Shown: one piece after another, positions 26,095 through 37,400 of the stretch
Numbering within the stretch: position 1 is the first letter of the stretch
Layout of the letters: each line of letters begins with the position of its first letter
NCBI RefSeq assembly: GCF_018977255.1
Contig: NW_024704742.1
Coordinates: 45,696,001 to 45,760,000 of the forward strand
Direction: 5' to 3'
DNA length: 64,000 bases
DNA from: Callorhinchus milii
Lineage: Eukaryota
Notes under the pieces: generated by a model
Told to the model about the DNA's origin: nothing
Databases searched by the model: none
What the model saw: the letters and a program-made list of their open reading frames with translations, nothing else
Made by a program: the position numbers and the translations under genes

Positions 26095-27138
26095 CGGAGA
26101 GTGCACGAGCTGCAGTTTTGAATGATCTGCAGTTTGTGAAGGGAAGAGTTGGAAAGGCCGATGAGGAGGGATTTTCCGTAATTGAGCCTTCATGTGACGA
26201 ATGTGTGGGTGAGGGTTTCGGCAGCCTGAGGGGTGAGGCAGTGGCGGAGTCTGGCAATGTTGAGGAGGTGGTGGTAGGCAGTGCCGGACATGGTGCTGAT
26301 GTGGGGGAGAAAGGAGAGTTCAGGGTCAAACAAGACACCCAGTTTCCTAACTGGCTTAGTGAGGTTGAGTGTGCAGCTGTGGAGGCTGACGCTGTCAGTG
26401 CCCGAGGTGCGGATGCACTGGCATTAGCCAATCAGGAGGGCCTCAGTCTTGCTGACGTTGAGTTGGAGAAACTTGTCTCTCATCCAGGACTGGATGCTGG
26501 ACAGGCAGTCGGTCAGGACGCTAGTTGTCCTGGAGTTGAGGGTGAAGTTGGGTGTCATCCCCATACATGTGGAAATTTATCCCATGTCTGCAGATGATGT
26601 CACCAAGGGGGATGCATGTAGAGGGTGAAGAGGAGGGGACCGAGGACTGAGCCCTGCGGAACACCGCACAAGATTGGAGAAGAAGCGATTTGCTGCGACG
26701 AATTGGAGGCGGTATGAAAGGTAGGCCCTGAACCAGTCAAGGACAGAACCATAAAGGTCGAGTTGGGCGGAGATGCATTGGAGGAGGATTGAATGGTCCA
26801 CGGTGCCGAAGGCTGCGGAGAGGTCGAGGAGCACGAGGAGGCAGAGGGAGCCCTGGTCGCAAATGGTCAAGATGTCATTTGTGACCTTGACCAGAGCACT
26901 GTCCGTGCTGTGGGCAGCATGGAAACACGATTGGAGGGGTTCATGGAGGAAGTGGGAGAAGAGGAAAGAGCGAAGCTTGGAGTCAACGGCTCTCTCAAGG
27001 ACCTTGGATAGGAAAGGGAGCTTTGAGATGGGCCGGTAGCTGAATATCTGCGATGGGTCAAGGGAAGGTTTCTTCAAGGTGGGGGTGATAATGACGGTTT
27101 TGAGGGGGGAAGGAACAGTGCCAGATGACAGGGAGAGG
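26095..27138 (-). mobile_element. L2 LINE RT region, frameshifted
   Basis: Peptide KKPSLDPSQIFSYRPISKLPFLSKVLER...HSTDSALVKVTNDIL...LLDLSAAF. Confidence 0.95.
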
Positions 27139-28639
27139 TGTCATCTGGCACTGTACAGAAAGGTACACCACGGCAATCAGCACCCAAAAGCGAAACAAGC
27201 AAAGATTTCAAATCAAACTTTTATCAGGCTTTGAATTCTGCATTTAAGTATGCCTATTATGGTCTGAAATGCTCTTCCAGTTGAAGGAAAATTCTAATGA
27301 AAACAATCCAATACGCCATCTAATAGATGTCAATAAAGATTACTTTCTGTTTCCCCCATCTACACCTGCTGGGCTTGCTACCATTCTGACAATGCACTCA
27401 ATTCTGCAGTCCCGGATATTAATATTCTTAATGAATCTTTGTTGGATCACAAAGATGCTTTTATCTTGAGGGTTAATTGGCTGTTTGTTGAATTATCACA
27501 CCTCAATTGGCCTAAATTGGTGTTGATCAGAGCAGTGATACATCATTTGGCACAGAAAGGCTAGCTGCTGTGCCAACTCAGTTTGTTACAAATGCAGTGG
27601 TGAACAAATACGTGTGGGTCTCTATAGCCATTTACTGAGTTCTTCTTGTTTTCTAGTCTAGATGACAGATATTCAAATATTTAGGGACACATACAGCTGG
27701 TAGTTCTACATTCATGAATTTAGCATTACAATCACAGAAAATGATTTACAGTGCAATTGTGTTCATTCTTGAATATGCAGCTTGAGGCAATTTTGTCTGC
27801 AGTGATACCCTCACCTAGGAATGAATTAAACAGTGAGTCAAAAAAAGCTAATCAATCTAAATTTGTTGGGTTGGTCAGATTGATAATCCTGCATCTACAC
27901 TGGGGTTTAAAGAGTTGTAGAGTATTTACAACTGGATTTCATAAATATTAAATCTTGCTAGTACCTGGCTGTGTAGCACAACAGCAATAATAACAACGAC
28001 TTGCACTTATATAGCAACTTTCACATAGCAAAATGTCTCAAGACTTTTACAGAGACAGAGTGGGAATCCTGGGTGGGTTGGAGATGTGGGAGATATAAGA
28101 GGGATGGGGGAATGTGTACTCAAGGTGATATTGTTTTTTCAATGGGAATTGCAAGCAGAGAAAGAGGTTGTAAGGCTGAGGGATTCAGAGACAGAGTTCT
28201 ACACAGTGGGGGGAAATAATTGAAAACTTGCTCACTATTGGTGGAGTGGAGAAGGAGGGGATCTCAAGCAATTCTGAGTTGGCACAGCAGATAAAGTAGG
28301 TCCACAGAAGTTCAGAGAGGGAAGGTTGGGCAGCAAGGCATTTGATAAGGATTTCCCACCGGTTCATGGGAAGTCCAGTCCAATACAATAATCTTGCAAG
28401 TGTGCTGTTCCCATGAATGGGCCTTAATGCATATCTAGTTATTCTCAGGGTTCGATATTTATAAATCATTTACATGAAACTGTTTAATTTTAAATATTCA
28501 AGAAAGGTGCAGGACCATATGTGTCAACTACATTTATTTGCATTGAACTTTATTTTCTTATCTTCAGCTGTTAGCCTTACATAGCAATTGGAAAACTGAG
28601 AGATCTTGATTTCAAGCCAGACAGTGGAAAATATTTATT

Positions 28640-28725
28640 TACCCAGAGGGTAATTAATGACTGGCAAAGATTAACATGAACGGTGGTTGAGGTCAGGATG
28701 CTGGATTCACTTTAAAAACAAGCTT
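28640..28725 (+). mobile_element. Old CR1 3' fragment, left part of the interrupted target (continues at about 31551-31630)
   Basis: acccagagggtaattaatgactgg...gtggttgagg...ttaaaaacaagctt continues as gatattgtgatggg after the insert. Confidence 0.7.
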
Positions 28726-31543
28726 AACATAAATTAACATAACATGTAGGAGCAGGAGCAGGCCATTCAGCCCTTCGAGCCTGCCCCACCATTCAATCAT
28801 GGCTGATCTTCTAAACTAACTCCAGCTAATAACCTGACCCTGCCTTATCCCCATATCCCTTAATCCCTTTTGCAATAAGAAATCTATCTATCTCAGTCTT
28901 GAATATGTTCAAGGACTGAGCGTCAACAGCCCTTTGGGGTAGTGAGTTACATACATTCACCACCCTTTGAGTGAAGAAGTTTTTCCTCAACTCAGTGCGA
29001 AAGGGCTGGCCTCTGATTTTAAGGTTGTGACCCCTGGTTTTAGTTTCTTCAACCTCCCACTATCTACTCTATCATGCCCTTTGATGATCTCATAGGTTTC
29101 TATAAGATCCCCTCTAATTCTTCTATATTCCAGAGAATATAGGTCCAAATTGGTCAGCCTATCCTCGTAACTCAACCCTTTCATCCCTGGTACTAACCTA
29201 GTAAATCTACGCTGCACCCCCTCCAAGGCAAGTACATCCTTTCTTAAATGAGGAGACCAAAACTGGACACAGTATTCCAAGTGTGGTCTCACCAGGGCCC
29301 TATACAGCTACAGCAAGACTTCCCTACTCTTATACTCTAATCCTTTCATAATGAATGCTAACATACTGTTCGCCTTCCCAATTGCTGCTGCATCTGCAGA
29401 CTAACTTTCTGTGATTGGTGTACAAGGACACCCAAGTCCCTCTGGACGCTAACACATTCCAATCTTTCCCCGTCTAAAAAATAACCCGCTCTACTGTTTT
29501 TGCTACCTAGGTGGATGACTTCGCACTTCCCTACATTATACTTCATCTGCCACCTACCTGCCCAATCACCTAACCTATCTATGTCGCGCTGCATTTTTTT
29601 AATGTCGTCCTCTGTGTTGACACTTCCTCCTAGTTTTGTGTCATCCGCAAATTTAGATATAATTACTTCGATGTCCTCATCTAGATCGTTGATGTAGATG
29701 GTAAATAGCTGAGGCCCAAGGACTGATCCTTGTGGCACTCCACTAGTCACATCCCACCAATCTGAAAAGGACTTCTTTATTCCTATTCTTTGTTTCCTAC
29801 CCGTTAACCATTCCCCAATCCACGTTAATATGCTCCCCCAATTCCATGGGCCCTTATCTTTTGGACTAACCTTTTATGCGGCACCTTATCGAATGCCTTC
29901 TGGAAGTCCAAATAGACCACATCCACTGATTCACCCTTATCTAGTTTACTGGAAATATCCTCAAAAAACTCTATGAGATTTGTCAAACATGACTTCCCTT
30001 TTGTAAAGCCATGTTGACTTGGCCTAATTATATTGTGCTCCTCTAAATACCGCACTACCACATCCTTAATCAATGATTCTAAAATTTTTCCTATCACTGA
30101 TGTGAGACTAACTGGCCTATAGTTCCCCATCTTTTCCTTTCCACCTTTTTTAAATAGTGGTGTGACATTTGTGATCTTCCAATCCATGGGGACTGTTCCA
30201 GAATCCAAGGAATTTTGGAAGATCAGACATAAGGCCTCCACTATCTCATAAGCTACCTCTTTTAAAACCCTGGGATGCAAGCCATCCGGACCAGGGGATT
30301 TGTCACTTTTTAGTGCTAATAATTTCCCTAGCACCAATTCTCTACTAATGAAAATTTCCCTAAGTTGCTCCCTGTCCTTATCCCCTTGGTGCATCTCTAT
30401 TGCTGGCAGACTTGTTGCGTCTTCTAGGGTGAAGAAGGATGCAATGTACCCACTTTGGGACTCTGCCATGTCCTTGTCCCCCACTACAACTTCTCCCGTC
30501 TCTGACTGAAGTGGACCTACATTTACCCTCACTAGCCTATTCCTCTTAATATATTTGTAAAACCTTTTACAATCAGACTTAATGTTCCTAGCTAGCTTAC
30601 CCTCATACTCCTTTTTCTCGCTCTTATTGATTTTTTTATTTTTTTATTTTGCTGGTTTCTAAAACTCTCCCAATCTTCAGATTTGCTGCTTTTTTTGGCA
30701 GTTTTATAAGCCTTTTCTTTTAATTTGATGCTTTTCCTAACTGCTCTAGTTGGCCACGGATGAATTGCTTTCCCTGTGGTACTCTTATTCCGCAAGGGAA
30801 TATGCGATTTAACTATATCCCTCTCTAACTTAATGCAGAATTCATTGTGATCACTCTGCCCTAGAGGAGTCTTAATACCTACACTGCCAACTTGCCCTGT
30901 TTCGTTACACAAAACAAGGTCTAGGATGGCCTGCCCCTAGTTGGTTCCTTGGCATGCTGCTCTAGAAAGTTATCTCTCATACATTCAATGAACTCTTCTT
31001 CTAATCTACTTTTGACGACTTGGTTTTCCCAATCTATGTTGAGATTGAAATCACTCTATTATCGCTTTACCTTTCCTACATGCGCCACTGATTTCCTGAT
31101 TAATACCTTGTGCTATATTGTGATCACTGTTTAGGGGTCTATAAACCACTCCCATTAATATTTTCTGCCCTTTATTATTTTTTATTTCCACCCATATTGT
31201 CTCGACCTCCTGGTCATCAGATTTCAGATCCTTCCTCTCCACTGCTTTTATTTCATCCCTAATTAACAGGGCTAACCCCCACCTCTTTTCCCAAAGTGCC
31301 TATCTTTCCTGTAAACTGAGAACCCTGGAATATTTAACTCCCATCCTAGATCTCCTTGTAACCGTGTTTCAGTGATGGCTACTGGATCATACCCATATTT
31401 GTCTATTGTGCTTTTAATTCATCAGTTATGTTCCGAATGCTTCACACATTCAGATGTAGCATTTCCTCTCCTCTCTGATTCCTTATCTACTTTGCCAAGC
31501 TTCTTACCCCCAGTTAACATATTCCTATTATCTGGCAGCTATT
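28726..31543 (-). mobile_element. CR1 LINE, ~2.8 kb, 5'-truncated ORF2 (APE endonuclease part plus RT) with frameshifts and an internal deletion
   Basis: Peptides VETIWVEI...GVVYRP, PLGQSDHN, KSPGPDGLHPRVLKE, NYRPVSLTS, QHGF, YLDFQKAFDKVPH, SGVPQGSVLGP, KFADDTKL and [15 protein letters not shown]1 3' UTR present. TSD CAAGCTT. Confidence 0.97.
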
Positions 31544-33215
31544 CAAGCTTGATATTGTGATGGGAGGACAGTAGGTTGGTGTTCTGGAAGGATGAGATCA
31601 AATGGCTTTCTTCATCCACACCAATCTTGTCTTATTGAGTGATACCACTGTGATTAAATCAAAATGTTATGCACCATTTGCTAAAGTTCGCTCACTCTTT
31701 CCTAGGAGCTCAGTATAACTCTTTAGTCCTCTCAGTCTTCTGATCCTCATACTATCTACAAGCATTGGTTTGCTGAAGTTTAGCCACTTCTGGTTTCTCT
31801 GCTGCTCTTTTCAAACTTAGCAGTCATGCTTCATTTTGGGGCAAAGTCTTTTACCTGAATCTCAGTTAAATTGGTTATTGCGTTCACCCACACAACACAC
31901 AGTCACTCCATTTTACAATATGTCCTATGAAGCGCTTTAGGACATCTCCTGAATGTGAAAGGTGCTATGCCAATTTATGTATACATAATAATAATCCTTG
32001 CATTTGATATAGCACCTTATCACGTCTTCAAGACACCTCAAAGCGCTTCACATAATATATTGTAAAGTGGATTGATTGTGTATTTTGTGGGCGAAATGCA
32101 GCAACCAATTGCTCACGGATATATTGGAAAACATTGATCACAGTTTTTCCTTTAAAAAGGCAAATAAAGACATTGGGATTTTGTCTGTGTACCAATTTTG
32201 GGAAAGCCTGGAGCAAGAAGAATTTATAAAATAAAAGCCACGGGGAAGCTACTCCTAGATCCTATGTTATTGCATCTAATAAAGGCTAATCCTTCTAACC
32301 TTCTGGAGGAATATTAAGCCCATTAGAGAAGGAGACCTGTTTCAACATTAATGATAATAATAATAATAATAATAATAATAATCCTTGCATTTGATATAGC
32401 GCTTTTCACATCAGCTCAGTAAATCTCATTTGGTCTGCCCCAACCATCTTCCTAACTACATTACCAGAATTCTATGCTCCCCTCCTTGTAGAGGTGACTT
32501 CTTTCCTATTCCTTTGTGTTGCCCCATAATCTTCCGGAAAGAAAGTTCTGTTTTCCGCATAAATCAAAAGGCTAGACTCAAAACCATCAGTAATCCCAGA
32601 TATTATTGGAACTGATGTTGCTGGAACCATACTGCTTTGCATGTAATAAAAAAAGGTAATTATTAAAATAAACTTGAAATTAAAGATCTAACAAAAGAAA
32701 TAGTTTAAATCACCTACATTGAGACCATTTATCATATATACCTGTTAAGTTTCTTTAATATACAAGTTATTCAATAATACTGCAGGCAGATCAATTAAGA
32801 AAGCTGATAATTATTTTAAAGCTCCTTTTTAAAATTGATAAATTTTAATTGATAAATTAGAATAGTCAATGGGGAATTTCTACTGAATGCTAGAATTTAC
32901 TCGTTGATGATGACAGGGGAGAGGGCTTCGAATTCGCTCTTCTAGCATTTAATATGAATGGTTTGTTAATCTCTTACTCTTATCCCTGTGTCTTGCATTT
33001 CACCTTAAATTCTAGCTCATCTTTAATTAAGATTAATTTAAACAGGCAGGTAGTAAAAAGCCAGATAAGCAGTTCCGCATTCACAAGGTTTGATTTTGTT
33101 TATTTATAACAAAAATTGAATGACTGAACATAAACATGATTGAATACTGGTAAGGGCCTTGTGCCCACATTGCTCTGTTATGATGATACCAGACTGAGAC
33201 TAAGAAACGTTGACT

Positions 33216-33273
33216 CCATCAATCATTCAGTGAATCCTCAATTCAGCAAGATAGCACATGCTTATATCTGTCA
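33216..33273. promoter_or_regulatory. Candidate Pbx-Hox plus Meis enhancer module
   Basis: ccatcaatca (rc TGATTGATGG) at 33216-33225 and ctgtca (rc TGACAG) at 33268-33273, in unique TAAT-rich sequence. Motif evidence only. Confidence 0.3.
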
Positions 33274-35654
33274 GTAAACAATTAAGAACACTCTCTTCAT
33301 AATGTATGATTGGTATAATCTTTAGTTGATTCAATTAAAATTTAATTAATTCATTTATAACTTTTTTCTACAATTACCTTCAATGTAGTGAAACATGTTT
33401 ATTAACTGCTATATTTTGGCTTCACAGTATTTGCTCTACAGTCAGCTTATTTTTCAAGGGTTGGAAACATTGTGCCATGCAGAATATAGCTAACAAAGTA
33501 TTTGGGATTGATATCAATGCCAGTTTGATGTAGGTTTAAATGCAAACCTAACAGGAATCTAAAACAAGGAATGGAGCCGGGTACAAGGCAACCCTTTTCT
33601 CAAGCTTCTCGTGAGAACGCTTAGATGTAGGTATTTTGTGAACTTGTGGTTAAGGGAAAATGTGGTGGTGCAGTGTGGTGCAGTGTGGTCAGCTCTGTGC
33701 ACAGCATAGTTGGGTGATACAGCATGAAAACTGGGAATAACTTCAGCAATGGTCTGATGACCTTGAAGTCATTTTGAGACATGCCTTAAAAATGGGGAGG
33801 GAGGAAAGGAATTGGTGGGAACCTGGGATTGAATTCTGGAGAGCGAGGGCAGAATGTCTGAAAACTGAACCACTGTTGGTAAGGAGAATAAACTGTGGGA
33901 ATTGAAGCAGGCCGCTGACTGAGTGAAGGCAGCAGTTGGTTAATACAGTTTGAGGAGGGTCAGAAGGAGAGTTAATAATCCTTGCATTTGATATAGCGCC
34001 TTATCATGTCTTCAAGATATCTCAAAGAGCTTCACAGAATATACTGTAAAGTGAATTATCTGTATATTTGGAGGGCAAAACCATGAATGGATTGAAAGGT
34101 AAAAACAAAGATCTTCAACTTGATCTGCTAAGGGATGGAGAGCCACTCGAGCTGAGTGAGGAAGACTCACAGAGGCTGTTGCAGTGGAGGGATTTCTGGA
34201 TAATCTGCAGCTTGTGTAGGCAGGCCCTGGGATACAATATTTAATGGTCTATAGGGGTTCCCCATTTACAATTCACTGTGCTGAAGTTCATGGACTTTGA
34301 TTGCTGGTTAGCAGTAGCAATTTTAAGCAAATACCTGAGAAGTCTGTACATCGCTCACCAGCACTTGAAGGAGTTATGTGGGCATGGCACACTACCATTG
34401 AGAACAGCTTTAGGGGAATGGGGGCTTGACTAGTTGATTTGATAAATATTATTTGGACTGCAATTTGACTGCAATATCTGATATAATTTGTAAGCTAAAA
34501 TGAACACATAAAGACATGTGTGGAGGAAACATGCTGAGGGACTGATGGATTGCATGATGCAACCTGTACAATGAAGTTCTTTATATGTAATGAATGGTGT
34601 TTTATTAGCACATTATTTTGAGTGGACACATCTGAAATAGATGCGAGTCGAATTCACATAGAAGTAAAATCTGCTCTTTTGCAGCTTTTCTAAGGCAAAG
34701 TATTCTGCACATGTATTAACAACAGGAAAACTCACAAACTGAATATATATACTGGTTTGTTGTGTCCCTTTAATTAGAGCCTTTTTTTGTTTCCTTAGTG
34801 CTTTCTAGCCAAAGAGAAACACTGCTTACCTTCCTCTCAAAAGATAGTGATGTGTTCTTGAGCCTCGTGCCTGTCGACTCCAAGATGGTTATTGCTTTAA
34901 AACTAGCTAACAACAATAATAATAATAACAATAATACATGCATACAAATATAATCTGTAACAAACCACATCATATAAATACACTGGATTGCACCTGCAGT
35001 ATCATTAATGTGGGCATTCCAAGTGATAATGCATATAAAATAAGGAATTAGAGAAAACCAGGAAGCAGGTAGACTTACAAATTGAATGCGGATTCATGAG
35101 GCAGTACAAGATAAGCATAGTTCCTATAATCATTGTTACAACGGGCCTGTTAATAAGACAATTCCGAAATGGCTTGAAAAGATATTTGATGCACAAAATA
35201 TCAATCTGCTGCAATTTTAAGAAGTTAACATGGCAGTGTTTTTGGTCTGTCTGACCCATCACTAAAAATACTTAGAAACTACAGACTAATTTAAACTATA
35301 ATAACATGATAATAGTCATCTTTATTCTTGATATAGCACCTTTCACATTAGGAGGATGTTCTAAAGTGCTTCATACGATATACTGTAAAGTACAGCGACT
35401 TCGTGTTTTGTGGCTGCATGTGGCAGCCAATTTTAGAATTACCAGAAATGGATAAAGACAAATATTCTGTGAAGACGTAAAATATTTTGCTAAGAATTAC
35501 TTTGGATTATGTCTGCACTGCAAAAGCCCAATTACCCCAGCAAATTCCAACATACAGAAAATAATATGATAATACAAAATTCTGTTCATGGAAACAGACC
35601 CAACTTTTCAAATCTTTCCTCATAACCTATAATACTTGATTCCTGGCACGAGGG

Positions 35655-36285
35655 TTGCCAGGGTACACAGGTGCATCTGTCTGGGGAGAGTGTGCAGTCC
35701 ATTTCAGACAGATAAGCGGGGTCTCCTTGGAGCTAAACTGGCTCCAAGGTGACATGCCTGGCAATGGAATGTCGGAATTGAGTCAGCCCTCTGCGGTGGT
35801 CTCTGTGGTCCAGTTTCTGAGCCAGGTGGGTCCACTGTATTCCAGGCTGGCTCATCGGCAGGACCTGGAAGGCCAGACCGGTCACTGGGGGCAAAGACTC
35901 ATACCACTCAGCTACTGTTAACCCGACAACCCAAAGCCTTAATGGGTAGGATGGTCCTAGTTGGACAAGCAGCAGGAAAGCTTGCAAGACAGTATTATCA
36001 ATGACAAACTATGCAGTTTTAGTTGGTTAGACTCCAGCAGTACCCCAACACACACTCTGTGGTACCCAAGACTTGGCTCTTGCCAACCTGAGCCTAATAC
36101 TTTCCAGAATTAGATAAGCAGGAGGTGTCCCTCCAGAGGGAGAGGGCGCATTCCATTCCAACAATCTACCTCTGGGATTTCCATGTGTAGGTAGGATGCA
36201 TGGAAATCTCAGCTTGGCTTGGAGACTCTTAGACATGGTGATGTATTTCTGCATGTGTCAGAGACCCAGCTGACAAAATAAAATT
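35655..36285 (+). repeat. Longest copy of unclassified multi-hairpin repeat family X
   Basis: Matches six other loci in the window and contains successive inverted repeats (see findings). No credible ORF. Confidence 0.85.
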
Positions 36286-37400
36286 CCAGGCACATGAAAA
36301 TTTCCATGTATATGTGATTTTATAAAGTGTAAATAATAATAATAACAATTCTTACATTTGATATAGCATCTTTAATATCAGGAGGGTGTCTTAAAGCACT
36401 TTACAGAATATATAGTAAAGTACAGCGATAATGTACTTTGTCAGCAAACATCCCTGTAAATAAGAACAAAGTCACTCCAATACAACTCCTTAAAGTGCAT
36501 TTCTTAGTGAGTTAATAATAGAATGGGTTATCTTTCAAACATTGGGTGGATAAATATATGGGTTTGTCCAAAGGATGAAGTGAAGATAAGTTTGTGAAGG
36601 AGACAAGGTAGTATTGTTTTTAACCCTGTCTGTATCATTTTAGGTCCCTGTAATGTCCTGCTATGAAGTCAAACATTGTTTATAATAATAATAACAATAA
36701 TTATAATAATAATAATACTTATTGGTAAGCAGGATGTATCCATGCAGGGATGCATCCTGCTTACGTTTGATATAGCACCTTTCACATCGAATGGAAGTCT
36801 CTAAGCGTTTAATAAGATTTTATTGTAAAATGTTGTGACTGTGTACCTTGAAGGTGAACATTTCTAGATTAAGACTGCGCAAATAAATTATTTTTTAAGG
36901 CAGGCGGGTGTTGCTCTGTCAAATTGTGGGCTATGGGTCACTTAGAAGAAGTTGCGTTCCTCTATTTATTTCATGCCAGTCACGAAGAGAAAAAATAAAT
37001 CACTAAACTAAATGTTTTTTAGTTCCAGCATTTGGGATTTGAGCAGTGGACTGATAATCAGAAGATCTTCAGTTCTCTCTTCAATCACTTATAGGCTGTT
37101 CCGTTCTAAAAAGATGTAAGTGATTTTTCCATAGATATTTACACATTTTATGGCACAAATGGGATTAGATATTTGACTGATATCAAATATATTTGTTTTT
37201 TAAGTTTCTTTTTGCATGAGTTGCCACAGTGTTATTTTTTTTATCAGCTCTTTCATTTGAAATGTTCAAAACCTCTGTGCCTTCAACCTTGATGTTATCT
37301 TTATAATAAAGTCACATCGCTCCACAGAAGCGAAATTCATAACTACGCATAGTATGTCTTACACCAGTTCATTTCAAATGTTTTTTGACATTGTTCAACT

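Noticed and set aside
29825..30532. 235-aa ORF as a host or domesticated gene
   Set aside because: It is a CR1 ORF2 segment bounded by frameshifts within a truncated element.
32900..32990. C/D box snoRNA (atgatga)
   Set aside because: No CTGA D box lies at a suitable distance downstream.
35910..35985. Twister ribozyme in family X (ttaaccc...ggtcct...aagc)
   Set aside because: The spacing and pseudoknot pairings do not fit the twister consensus. The cross-copy consensus forms simple hairpins instead.
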